64,000 nt of DNA from Octopus sinensis (Eukaryota): NCBI RefSeq assembly GCF_006345805.1, contig NC_042999.1, positions 152,706,001 to 152,770,000 of the forward strand. The letters are read 5' to 3'. The position numbers and the translations under genes are program-made. The notes beneath the pieces are model-generated. The model worked only from the letters and a program-made list of their open reading frames with translations, ran no database searches and was not told the DNA's origin. Every line of letters starts with the position of its first letter. Within the stretch, counting starts at the first letter, position 1. Of this stretch, positions 26,325 to 38,935 are shown one piece after another.

Positions 26325-26872
26325 CTCTTTCTATTATAAGGGCAGGGCCGGAAAATTTGGGGGCATGGTATGGCTAGTCGATTATATCGATTTCACTGGT
26401 CAGTTGGTACTTATTTTATCGACCCCGAAAGGATGAAAGGCAAAGTCGATCAAGAAAGAAATACTACTAAAACTATTGTCCAACGCGTTAACGATTCCGC
26501 CAGCTTGTCGCCTTTCTGCCTGGTTTTAAAATGGCTTCAAATTTTGGCATAAGGCCAGTAAGTTCAGGGAAAGGAGTAAGTCTATTACATCGATCCCAGT
26601 GTTTCACTGGTACTTATTTTATCGACCCCGAAAGGCAAGGTCGACCTTAAGGGGATTTGAACTCAGAACGTAACGACGGACGAAATACTGCTGAGCGTTT
26701 TGCCCGGCAAGTTAACGATTCTGCTAACTCACAGTCTTTCTGCCTGGTTAAATAATCCTTTCTACTAAAGGCACAAGGCCTGACATCTGGGGGGCGGGGG
26801 CCAGTCGATTAGATCGACCCGTGTTTCACTGGTACATAATTAATCGACCCCGAAAGGATGAAAGGCAAAGTA
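26325..26872 (-). mobile_element. Three head-to-tail SINE S5 copies (tail type b)
   Basis: atcgaccccgaaagg..aaggcaa recurs at about 26418, 26621 and 26843. Confidence 0.85.
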
Positions 26873-26934
26873 ACCATGGGACATAGTACTCTATGACTTT
26901 TCTAAGTTCAAACCACAACGCTTAAACTCATCTT

Positions 26935-27105
26935 GGCAGATACACTTAGCAGCAGTTCTTCTGTCTTTACGTTCTGAGTTCAAATTCCACCGAGGCCGAC
27001 ATTAACTTTCATCCTTAAGGGGTTGTTAATATAAATGCTGTCTGAAGAGTAATCCACTTAAACACTTCCTCTGAACTTGCTGCGCTGTGCCAAAAATTGA
27101 AACCA
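26935..27105 (+). mobile_element. SINE S5, diverged
   Basis: ctgtctttacgttctgagttcaaattccaccgagg..ctttcatcc. Confidence 0.7.
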
Positions 27106-27144
27106 ATATATATGTGTGTGTATGGGTATCTATATGTACACATA

Positions 27145-27299
27145 AGAGTAGCTGTGTGGTAAGAAGCTTATTCCCAATCACATGGTTCCGGGTTCAGTCT
27201 CACTGCGTGGGACCTTAGGAAAGTGGCTTCTACTATAGCCTCAGGCCGACCAAAGCCTTGTGAGTAGATTTCGTCGACGGAAACTGAAAGAAGCCTGTC

Positions 27300-27331
<32 letters not shown>

Positions 27332-27533
27332 GTGTATGTTTGTATGTCTGTGTTTGTCCCCCACCCTCGCTTGACAACCGATGGTGGTGTGTTTACGTCG
27401 CCATAACTTAGCGGTTCGACAAAAGAGAGCGATAGAACAAGTACTAGGCTTACAAAGAATAAGTCCTGGGGTCGATTTGTTCGACTAAAAGCGGTGTTCT
27501 AGCATGGCCGCAGTCACAAGACGGAAACAAATA
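27145..27533 (+). mobile_element. SINE S1, full length
   Basis: Matches the S1 pattern. Confidence 0.92.
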
Positions 27534-27571
27534 TCAGAATACATACATATATATTGTTTATCTGCGTAACT

Positions 27572-27705
<134 letters not shown>

Positions 27706-27953
27706 ATATATACATGCGTATATGTATGTGCATGTGTGTATAAATATATATGTATACATGTATGTGTGTGTATATATATATACACACACAGACATGCAGA
27801 TATATATATTATATATATTGTCATTTGTGTAACAATTAAGGATAATCTCTTAATAAGGGATCTTAACAAGAAATTATCGGGTAGCTAGCGTGAAACCTCA
27901 TAAAAGAAAAGAATTCGAAATAATTTTTTTCTTTTGAACAAATTAATTATATC

Positions 27954-28090
27954 TATATTGTATAGAGGGCATTATTACACATAAATGCCTCACACTAGGA
28001 GGGACAAAGTCATTACTACCATTTGGTAGTAATGACTTTGTCCCTCCTAGTGTGAGGCATTATGTGTAATAATGCCCTCTATACAATATA
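27954..28090. repeat. Near-perfect fold-back palindrome (about 67-bp arms, 2-nt loop)
   Basis: tatattgtatagaggg...ctacca-tt-tggtag...ccctctatacaatata, with one indel. Confidence 0.95.
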
Positions 28091-28777
28091 TATTGTCATT
28101 TGTGTAACACTGGCCAGAGCAAAGAATTGGCTTCTAAAGGCAGAAAGAAACAGACTCAAGAGAAACAGAAGCTGTTTGTCAGCTTAAAAGATTTAAATGA
28201 CAGCAGACTGGAAGAGTGAGCCCCAATACCGTCACGCGATTAGCGATATCTAGATTGCTATTAATCCCTCTGAAATAAAGCTCTACATCTCAAATCAGGG
28301 ATCGGCATAGTGATCAATATTGACTCCCAAGGGTTTATGTGGATTTACAAGGGTCCGATATTCAGATTATATGAATGTAATATGATTGAATTTTTATTGT
28401 TCTTATCAATTACGTCAAGTATTTTTTTTATTAAATTTCTTGAAATATTTCGTATAAAAATGCGATAACGACTCGAAAATAAAAAAAAACACCTCCATAA
28501 AAACAAAACAAAAAAAATACTGAGGGAATTGTTTATTAAATATATTTTTCCTAATTATAATTTATGATTTTATTTAATGAAATTTACAAGGTTGGGATCA
28601 ATTGGTTACCAAAGATTTCATGAAGAAGATCAATGAAATCCATGAACTTAGAAGTTTGCCGCTCCACTGTTGACCCTCTTGAGTAAACAACTACTTGATG
28701 AAGCTGATGAGCAGCCAAGAGAGATGGACATAATTGGAACGTCTCTGGTTATAGATCATAGCAGAGTTTATTCTATA

Positions 28778-29376
28778 TCTTTTATTTGTTCCATTCATTT
28801 GATAGCGGCTATGCTGGGGCACTGTCCTTAAAGAATTTTTAGTCGGATGAATCGAACCCAATATTTAATTTTTTTTAAAAAGCCAGGTAAATTTTCTGTC
28901 AGTCACTTGTGCCAAACCGCTAAGTTACAGGGATATAAGCACCCTAATACCGGCTATTGAGCGGTGTAGAGGATAAATACAGACACGAAAACACACACAC
29001 ACACACACACACGACGGGCTTCTTTCAGTTTCCATCTACCAAATTCACTCATAAGGCTGTGGTCGGCCTGAGGCTACAGTAGAAGGTACTTGCCCAGTGT
29101 GCCACACAGCGGGACTAAACTCAGAATCATGTGTTTGGGAAGCAAGCTTCTTACCACCCAGCCACTCGTGTACCTATGTATATATATATAGATAGATACA
29201 CATACACACTCGACAGGCTTCTGTCAGTTTCCGTCTACCAAATCCATTCACAAGGCTTTGGTCGGCCAGAGACTATAGTGGAAAAAACTTGCTCATGGTG
29301 ACTTGCAATGAGATTGAACGCGGAATCATGTGGTTGGGAAGGTAACTCCTTACCACACAGCTATGTCTGTGCCTAT
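28778..29376 (-). mobile_element. SINE S1 full copy plus adjacent S1 5' half
   Basis: Two successive cagtttcc.tctaccaaat..cttaccac blocks. Confidence 0.85.
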
Positions 29377-29689
29377 AAACGATAATGACAACGCAATTTC
29401 ACATAAATTTCACTGGCCATTCCCTAAATACATAATTCAATCGATCAGTTTGTTATTACGTGGATGCGTGTTATTCATAGATGTAAATTTGCTATTTCTT
29501 TGCTATTGATGTTGACCAAGAGAAAGCCAAGAGCCAATACAACTTAGAATCTATGTCCGTGTATGTATTGCCGTCAGAATTCAAAGATCCAAATCAGATA
29601 ACGCAAAATAACCCGCTCGATTCACGTACAGTTCGAACCACATCCACCACCCTGAGCAAGTCCTCCATTACTTTTACATACTTTTACAT

Positions 29690-30095
29690 AGGCGTAGGAG
29701 CGGCTGTGTGGTAAGTAGCTTGCTTACGAACCATATGTTTCCGGGTTCATTCCCACTGCAGGGCACCTTGGGCAAGTATCTTCCACTAGAGCCTCGGGCC
29801 GACCAAAGCCTTGGGAGAGGATTTGGTAGACGGAAACTGAAAGAAGCCTGTCGTATATATGTATATATACGTATGTGTGTGTATGTGTTTGTGTGTCTTT
29901 GTTTGTCCCCTAGTGTGTTTACGTCCCTGTAACTTAGCGGTTCGGCTAAAGAGAACGATAGAATAAGTACTAGGCTTACAAAGAATAAGTCCTGGGGTCG
30001 ATTTGCTCGACTGAAGGCTGTGCTCCAGCATGGCTACAGTCAAATGACTGAAATAAGTAAAGGAGTAAAGAGTAAAGAGTAAAGAGTAAAAGAAT
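29690..30095 (+). mobile_element. SINE S1, full length with (gagtaaa)n tail
   Basis: Matches the S1 pattern. Confidence 0.92.
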
Positions 30096-30291
30096 AAATT
30101 GCAATGCATGTAAGGGATGGGATGTATAGGGTAGTACGAACGTCTTGTCACCCCCTACCAATAAATACTAAGCACAATTGAAGACCAATATAATAATATC
30201 AAACACATCTGCTGGTTCACCTATTGCGGTTATTATTTAAACTTACGTCGATTCCTCTGTGGTGTTGTTTTGCATTTATGACAGAATAAAT

Positions 30292-30624
30292 CGTGAGGGC
30301 GCGTGGCTTAGTGGTTAGGGCATTCGGCTCATGATCGTAAGGTTGTGAGTTCGATTCCCGGCGACGCGTTGTGTCCTTGAGCAAGACACTTTATTTCACG
30401 TTGCTCCAGTCCATTCAGCTGGCAAAAATGAGTTGTACTTGTATTTCAAAGGGTCAGCCTTGTCACTCTCTGTGTCACGCTGATTATCCCCGAGAACTAC
30501 GTTAAGGGTACACGTGTCTGTGGAATGCTCAGCCATTTGCACGTTAATTTCACGAGCAAGCTGTTCCGTTGATCGTATCAGCTGGGACCCTCGTCGTCGT
30601 AACCGGCGGAGTCTTTTTTTTTTA
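30292..30624 (+). mobile_element. tRNA-derived SINE, head H2 + tail A, with 14-bp TSD
   Basis: A box tggcttagtgg, B box gagttcgattcc, T-rich end; ATGACAGAATAAAT at 30278-30291 and 30625-30638. Confidence 0.95.
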
Positions 30625-30639
30625 ATGACAGAATAAATA

Positions 30640-30965
30640 ATCTTTTATTTGTTTCAGTCATTTGGCTACGGCCATGCTGGAGCACCACCTTTAGTCGAAC
30701 AAGTCGATTCCAGGACTTATTCTTTGTTAGCCTAGTACTTATTCTATCGGTCTCTTTTGCCGAATCGCTAAGTCACGGAGACGTAAACACACCAACAGCG
30801 GTTGTCAAGCGATGGTGGGAGGACGAATGCAGACACACAAAGACACACACACGGCCTGAAGATATAGTAGAAGAAACTTACTCAATGTGCCACACAGCGG
30901 GACCGAACCCAGAAACAGTGTGGTTGGGAAGCAAGCACCTTGCCACACAGACGTACCTGCACCTA
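30640..30965 (-). mobile_element. SINE S1 with internal deletion
   Basis: Tail and head present; central part shortened. Confidence 0.85.
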
Positions 30966-31181
30966 TATATATGCACATTTATGCTTATGTGTGTGTACAT
31001 ATATACATACATCATACATACCTACATGCATACTCATACACGCACACACACACACACACACATATGTATACATATATGCACAAATTTTTATATACGTATA
31101 TATATTACGCGTGTGTATATGTATATATATATATGTATATATGAATATGTGTTGGTGTGTATGTATGCATGTATGTATGTC

Positions 31182-31546
31182 GTGGCACTCCGTCGTTTGC
31201 GACGACGAGGGTTCTAGTTGATCCGATCAACGGAGCAGCCTGCTAGTGAAATTAACGTGCAAGTGGCTGAGCACTCCTCAGACACGTGTACCTTTAACGT
31301 AGTTCTCGGAGAGATTCAGCATGACACAGAGTGTGACAAGGCTGGCCCCTTTGAAATACAGGGGCAACAGAAACAGGAAAAATGAGTGAGAGAAAGTTGT
31401 GGTGAAAGAGTGCAGCAGGGGTCGTCACCACCCCTACCGGTGCCTCGTGGAGCTTTTAGGTGTTTTCGCTCAATAAACACAACGCCTGGTCTGGGAATCG
31501 AAACTGCGAATCCGCTGCCCCAACCACTGGGCCATTACATCTCCAC
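31182..31546 (-). mobile_element. tRNA-derived SINE, head H3 + tail A, within (TATG)n
   Basis: Reverse complement aligns along its length with 52456-52830. Confidence 0.9.
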
Positions 31547-32694
31547 TATGTATGTATGTATGTATGTATGTATGTATGTATGTATGTATGTATGTATGTA
31601 TGCATGTATGTATATGTACGCATATACACACACAGACACACCTATATATTTCTACTGTGGTTGTTTTTTACGCTTCAGGTTTGGAGTATTACTGCTTTAC
31701 TTCAATGCATAAAGAACACACAAGCAGAACAAACTACTGATAAAACTTTAATTGTAGAAAACACCAAATACTATTTAAACCGTTTAAGTACTAATCCTAA
31801 TGCCTACACCTAGACATCACCCCAACTCACATCCCCTTTCTCAGCATCATCATCATCATCATCATCAACAGCATCATCAGTATTATTATTGCTGTACTTA
31901 TTATTAGTAGTATCAGCACTATTAACATTAGTAGCATTGATGTTGCTACCGATGTCGTTTTTATTGTCGTTGCTGCAGATAAAACTCTGTGGAACACGAT
32001 TTAAGTCCATGGAGATTAATCCTGTTTTTGGAAAAAAATTTTTTCTTCTACGAAATTCTTATACAAACTTTTCAATGAGTTGCTTTGAGAGAGTGAATGG
32101 AAACTGACATCTCGTATGTATATTGCCAGTAGGAACCTTAAAAACCGCTTTCGAATCTTGTAAATATGAAAGGGTTTTATTCATACACACACACATGCAC
32201 ACATAGTCACTCGCATACTTACACACATACACACATATATATATGTATATACTTACGCATATAAATACATACACACATATATGCATATATACACACACAC
32301 ACTCACACATATATATATATATGCATGGGTGTATGTGTGTATGCTTTATGTAAGTATATGTTTGCATGCATATACGTATGTATGTATTGTGTATATTATG
32401 TACAGACATATTTGTGGATGTATGCATATGTAAATGAACGTGCATATATGTATGCATACATACATGTACATACATATAAGAAGGAAAAATTAACATATAT
32501 GAACACGCGCACATACACTCACACACATATATGTCTCTCTCTATATATGCATGTGTGTATTATGTATATGCATATGTTAGTATATATGAATGTGTATGTG
32601 TTTGTATTTATTTCTGCTTGTGTATATATGTTTGCGAGTAGATTTTTACACATAAGCGAACATACATACAAATATACACTGATGCAATCGCATT

Positions 32695-32787
<93 letters not shown>

Positions 32788-33439
32788 TTATAGTTATTTG
32801 CATTTCCGCATATATTTTTTTTATACATTAATCCAACTTAGATAATCACCTACAACTTTGTTTTAAGGGAGAAAACCAAAAACGTAATTTTAGTTTGTAA
32901 AAAATGGCGGATATTCTCTATAATGATGCTACAGCACAGCAAAAATCTGATATAGAAGAAAGATAAGTTTACGAAGTCTTGTATTTAAGGACAGAATCAT
33001 GCAATCAGGAAGCAAGAAATTTACGCGAAGACAAAACCTCAAGCTGACATCAAATTGAGGCCAAGGAAAATCAAAATTTGAGATATACCTATCATGGTTT
33101 ACCTGAAAAGCACTTGAGATACTAAATCCAATTTTATCTTATGATGTATGCTGGGTAATCTGGAAAGAATTGGATACGAAAAATAAAAACAAATACTAAA
33201 TCGAAGATAACAAGATGAACACATGGAAGTGACGGATCAAAGGAATTTTGGTGCTGCTTGATGATAAAAACAGCAATAGAATTAAAACAAATCCGCTTTG
33301 ATGTTGATCTTTGGATGCAAGTAAGACTGCATCGTATAGAAGTTCTCTTCGCAGCTATGTACGTTAGGATGTAACTACATGCGGTTGATGAAAACATTGT
33401 GAGTGGAATTTGATGGACAAAGACAGAGTGGAAGCCCCT

Positions 33440-33983
33440 TCAGAGGGCCTGTTCTTGTTTGGGGATGATAATTCAATCAGTTTGCTACCTAGTTTAATTA
33501 CTTGATCCCCCGGGGTTGGGGGTGCGGATTTAGTGGTCTCCACTCTCTTGTAAACACTAAGGCCAGTTCTGTGAACTGAGGATAACTTCCCTCGTTCTTT
33601 CCAGCAGTTCCAAACTTCCAGAGGGCTCATCCAGTTCCTTATAGACTATTCTGAGTCCATCAAGACAGGGAATTTATTTTCAGTGGATAAAGTTTTGCGC
33701 ATCATTGAACCTAATTTTGAACACAATCAACCATAAAACCAGTGGCACAACAGAGGTTGAGACGACTAGAGACCAAGTTTTTTTCTTTTTAAGCGAGTCT
33801 ACCTTTTCCTAGAAAGAAGTTCTAAGGAGAACTAGGAGTCCTTCACTTCCAGTGATTCATAGGCGAATTAGCCCATGACTGGGACTATAACAGGTGCTAG
33901 TGGCTAGGAGGTAGTTTCACACTTCCAAAAACGCTCCCTTACCTGGATCACACTACAGGATGCAGTTTCAAGTCATACCCAGG
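33440..33983 (-). mobile_element. Probable old LINE-derived fragment (5' region)
   Basis: Non-repetitive segment of higher GC bounded by (TACA)n. Terminal gtcctgggtatgac..aaactgcatc resembles retroelement 5' sequence from recall only; no protein motif. Confidence 0.3.
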
Positions 33984-34044
33984 ACATACATACATACATA
34001 CATACATACATACATACATACATACATACATACATACATACATT

Positions 34045-34130
34045 ACATACGTACGTACATGCATGCATACATACATACGTACGTACTACGTACATACATG
34101 CATACATACATGCATACATACATACATACA

Positions 34131-34161
<31 letters not shown>

Positions 34162-34544
34162 GTACATACATACGTACACCAATCTTGAGAAATTAGGCTT
34201 TTCAAAACTAGGAAGGAGAAAGCTAATTCGAAGACTACAGATCCAATCCATCACTGGAACTGTAAAAATCTGTAAAACTTTCCAGAAGTCTATCATTTAA
34301 GTATATATGAGCATGTCTAGATATGCAACTATATGCATGAGAATACATACATAAAACATACAAATCTGCACACATACATACATACATACATACATACATA
34401 CATACATACATACATCATACATACATACATACATACATACATACATACATACATACATACATACGTACGTACATGCATGCATACATACATACGTACGTAC
34501 TACGTACATACATGCATACATACATGCATACATACATACATACA

Positions 34545-34575
<31 letters not shown>

Positions 34576-34832
34576 GTACATACATACGTACACCAATCTT
34601 GAGAAATTAGGCTTTTCAAAACTAGGAAGGAGAAAGCTAATTCGAAGACTACAGATCCAATCCATCACTGGAACTGTAAAAATCTGTAAAACTTTCCAGA
34701 AGTCTATCATTTAAGTATATATGAGCATGTCTAGATATGCAACTATATGCATGAGAATACATACATAAAACATACAAATCTGCACACATACATACATACA
34801 TACATACATACATACATACATACATACATACA

Positions 34833-34866
<34 letters not shown>

Positions 34867-34872
34867 CATACA
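34045..34872 (+). repeat. 414-bp tandem duplication containing an RLE-type LINE-like 3' tip within (TACA)n
   Basis: Identical unique blocks start at 34177 and 34591 and encode NLEKLGFSK...LQIQSITGTVKICKTFQKSII*. Confidence 0.85.
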
Positions 34873-35641
34873 AAAAATAGCCAATTGCTGATGTTGAAAT
34901 TCCAATGAAGAAGCCTTGGATGTAGATTAGAAACCAGATCTTTCTCTATTGGCAAAAAATCTTGGAATAAAACTGAACAATGACACACACAGACATGCAG
35001 GAATTATATAAACACCTTTAATTTTCGAAATGTTTTGGCTACTTAATGATGTGGGTATCATTTCGGAAATTCCCCAAAATATGTCTAAACAAAGACTAGG
35101 GATCTCTCATACCCAGCTGTTGAAAAGGCGTTGAGTCTATTGACGTTTTTTTTTTTTTTTGCCCTACAAGGTGTTCATCGAAAACAAGCCTACAGAGGCT
35201 GTGTAGAGTTGCCGATCTAATCGCCGACGGCCCGTCTATGCGACAGGTTGTACTGGCTTACGTGTATAAGTAGCACTTGGAGTGACCTGAGGTAATGTAT
35301 ATAGTTACATGCAATCCGTTTGTTTGGAGATGAAAACTATTTCCGCTCTCATTAGATATCATCAGCACAAAAGTTGCTGATTACAACTATTAATGATATT
35401 CTCCAGTGTCTCCAGCAATAGAAGATGCTTCACTCTATGCCGCAAAAGATTACAAAAAAGCCGAAGGTAAAGAGAATTAAGCTGCAAGATACAACAAAGT
35501 GAGCACAGTGGCAATAATTCGAGCAGAAATAACATAATTGTACGTTAATTAATATTTATTTGCCCAAAGAGTAGACCAATCACTTGGGAACAACTGGGAG
35601 CAATTCAATGGAGATACACACAACACACGCACACACACACA

Positions 35642-35688
<47 letters not shown>

Positions 35689-35764
35689 ATAGACATGTAT
35701 GTGTATATGTATGTATATATGTATCTATATATATCCATATACATATACATGTATATATATGGAG

Positions 35765-35879
<115 letters not shown>

Positions 35880-35962
35880 TATATATACATAATATATATA
35901 TATATCCATATATATATGTTTGTGTTTACATCATCACAAATATTTATATTTCAATATATATA

Positions 35963-36012
<50 letters not shown>

Positions 36013-36512
36013 TATACATATATACTTATATGCATACATATACGCATACACATGTACACACACAAATACACACACGCATAAATGCATATATATTCATGCA
36101 TACACATGCACACACTCAAACCCACACATGCACACGCTAGTACGCACGCGCAATTGCATGTATATTTCTATATCAGTGGTGACAGATTTCTGCTTGGCAT
36201 AAATCTGACTGTAAGTACAACCTACTGACAAAGTGCATTGAAGCAGAAATGCATTTCGCTCCCTCGCCGGCCGATGCTAAGGCGATTTTCGCCTCACCGA
36301 TACATTTTGTGTTTCGTAAATGCAGCGCATCCATATGAGTTGTTATCTTATGACGAATATCACAATAAATTTCCTTATCACGAGGTATTCAGATTGTATA
36401 TGATACATGTTTATACATACATACATACACACACATATATATATGCATATATGTATATATATATATGAATGTATATACATATATATACATTATATTATAT
36501 ATAATATTATAT

Positions 36513-36545
<33 letters not shown>

Positions 36546-36635
36546 GATAGATAGATAGATAGATAGATATAGATAGATAGATAGATAGATATATAGATAG
36601 ATAGATAGATAGATATAGATATAGATATATATATA

Positions 36636-37287
36636 GGCGACAAAGTGCACACAACTGGCTGGCTGGATCCTGAGAACATTCAGAGATAAGGAAACCATGA
36701 TTGTCCTCTGGAGGACATTTGTCCCCAGCCGCCTGGATTACTGCTCCCAGCTATGGTCACCCAGCAGAGTAAAATTAACAATGGACCTTGAAGCAATCCA
36801 GCGAAGCTTTACAAAGAAGATCGTCTTTTTGCAACAGCTTAGCTACAGGGAAAGGCCGAAAGAGCTAAGACTCTACTCCCTGGAACGAAGGTATGCAGTA
36901 ACATACATCTGGAAGATCCTGGAATGAATTGTACCAAATTTTGGCATTGAAAGCTACACCAATGCTTGAACGGGTTGACACGGCAGAGTGCCAAAGATCC
37001 CGGCAATGCCATCGCATTTCGGGCCCAATTACTGCAACAGCCTGGGTTTCAAGGGCCCATAGCTTTTTAATATTCTTCTAAAGAGCCTGAGGAACCTGCA
37101 CAAAGTAGATATAGGCGTTTTAAAATCAAGGCTGGACCTCTTCCAGTCAAGAGTCCCAGACGAACCTACATCAAACTCCATTCTACACTAAGTGCTACAT
37201 ATTAGAGAAGGATCTCAGTAATAACAGGTGGTGCTGTTATAGCAAAACGGTCGTGCTCCTGCATGGCCACAGCTCTGAGCTGAAACC

Positions 37288-37290
<3 letters not shown>
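36636..37290 (+). mobile_element. 5'-truncated CR1/L2-group LINE 3' end
   Basis: GWILRTF..LWRTFVPSRLDYCSQLWSP..LEAIQRSFTKKI..SYRERPKELRLYSLERR is typical of the post-RT region of CR1-group LINEs; terminal stem-loop; (TA)n on both sides. Confidence 0.88.
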
Positions 37291-37339
<49 letters not shown>

Positions 37340-37447
37340 TATATGTAACCGGTTCTAAATGTGTGTTACTTTCGTTTCTTCACTCATTCATACTTATGTA
37401 CATCTACATCTTTACGCGTACACACACACACACACACACACACATAT

Positions 37448-37624
37448 GTAGGAGTGGCTATGTGGTAAGTACCTTGCTTACCAACCACATGGTTCCAGGT
37501 TCATTCCCACTACGTAGCACATTGGGCAAGTGTTTTCTACTATAGCCTCGGGCTGACCAAGGCCTTGTGAGTGGATTTGGTAGACGGAAATTAAAAGAAG
37601 CCCGTCGTGTGTGTGTGTGTATGC

Positions 37625-37660
<36 letters not shown>

Positions 37661-37826
37661 TTGTCCCCCAACATCGCTTGACAACCGATGGTGGTTCAGC
37701 AAAAGAGACCGATAGAATAAGTACTAGGCTTACAAAGAATATTTCCTGTGGTCGATTTGCCCGACTAAAGGCGGTGCTCCAGCATGGCCGCTGCCAAATG
37801 ACTGAAAAAGTAAAAGAGTAAACGAG
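37448..37826 (+). mobile_element. SINE S1, near full length
   Basis: Matches the S1 pattern. Confidence 0.92.
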
Positions 37827-37896
37827 TATATATTAATATATATATATATATATGTATATATATTAATCAAAATAAAAACATGATGCCAAGGATTCA

Positions 37897-37974
37897 GCGG
37901 TACATATGTTTCGGGCCTTTATTAGACGGATTTATAACAATGCATAATGTGTGTCTATGGCCTTCTTCAGCCGC
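37897..37974 (-). ncRNA. Type I hammerhead ribozyme (Penelope/retrozyme-like), apparently intact core
   Basis: Minus strand: GCGG-CUGAAGA-A-GGCC-a-UAGAC...GUCUA..GGCC-C-GAAA-CAUAUG-UA-CCGC. Stem I is a perfect 4 bp, stem III is the palindrome ACAUAUGU, and the cleavage triplet is GUA. Confidence 0.8.
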
Positions 37975-38221
37975 GTACAATTACTATTTCAAGGACATGT
38001 ATTACATTATAAGTTTTACGTTGAGGATGCAAATCCTCACAGTCGCGTACGACAGAGAGGGGCACCAGCACAAAAACGAAGCGTCCATCTCGTCTTTCAC
38101 TCAATGTAGAATGAGGAGGAAGTTGGATGTTGAGATAGAGAGGGAAGGGGTTAGGGGGTTGAATCTTTAGTGAGTTAGAGATCACAAAGAGGGAGGGTGG
38201 TGGGTGCAAAAGGTAGTATGT

Positions 38222-38259
<38 letters not shown>

Positions 38260-38260
38260 A

Positions 38261-38594
38261 AATAATTTACAAAATAAGGGCAAAAGAAAAATTCTAATGC
38301 CAAATATGCCGAAAGAAAGACAAAAATCGTCAAAATAGCATTATAATTTATGCGTCTCGAAACAAACCGATAGAAATTTCTAAAAAATTTGTTATTACCG
38401 TAATGGTCCAATTTCGGGGAAAATTCTAAGAATTAACCCCGAAATTGTACCAATACGGTAACAACGAATTTTTTAGAAATTTCTATCGGTTTGTTTCGAG
38501 ACGCATAAATTATAATGCTTATTTGACAATTTTTGTCTTTCTTTCGGCATATTTGGCATTAGAATTTTTCTTTTGCCCTTATTTTGTAATTATT
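38261..38594. repeat. Long fold-back palindrome (about 165-bp arms, minimal loop) between (TA)n tracts
   Basis: Arms such as tgcgtctcgaaacaaaccgatagaaatttctaaaaaatt / aattttttagaaatttctatcggtttgtttcgagacgca; centre near 38428. Confidence 0.95.
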
Positions 38595-38719
38595 CATAAA
38601 TTTAATCTTTAAAAGGTATTTTTTGATATGCTGGCCATTGATAAAAACTTTTCCCGAAAAAAATTGTATACTACATTAGTTATATATATATATATTATAT
38701 ATTATATATATAATATTAT

Positions 38720-38767
<48 letters not shown>

Positions 38768-38935
38768 TGCAGCGAGCTGGCAGAAACGTTAGCACCGCAG
38801 GCGGACTGCTTAGCGGTATTTCGTCTGTCTTTACGTTCCACCGAGGCAGACTTTGCCTTTCATCATTTGGAGGTCGATCTAATCGACTGGCCTCCTCTCC
38901 ATAAATTTCGGGCCTTGTGCCCTGAGTAGAAAAAT
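38768..38935 (+). mobile_element. SINE S5 with internal deletions (tail b)
   Basis: gcagcgagctggcagaaacgttagcac..ggccttgtgcc..agtagaaa. Confidence 0.85.

Noticed and set aside
30297-30370. tRNA-like sequence, also at 52456 and in S1 heads
   Set aside because: It continues into a SINE body with TSDs and lacks a proper acceptor stem, so it is not a tRNA gene
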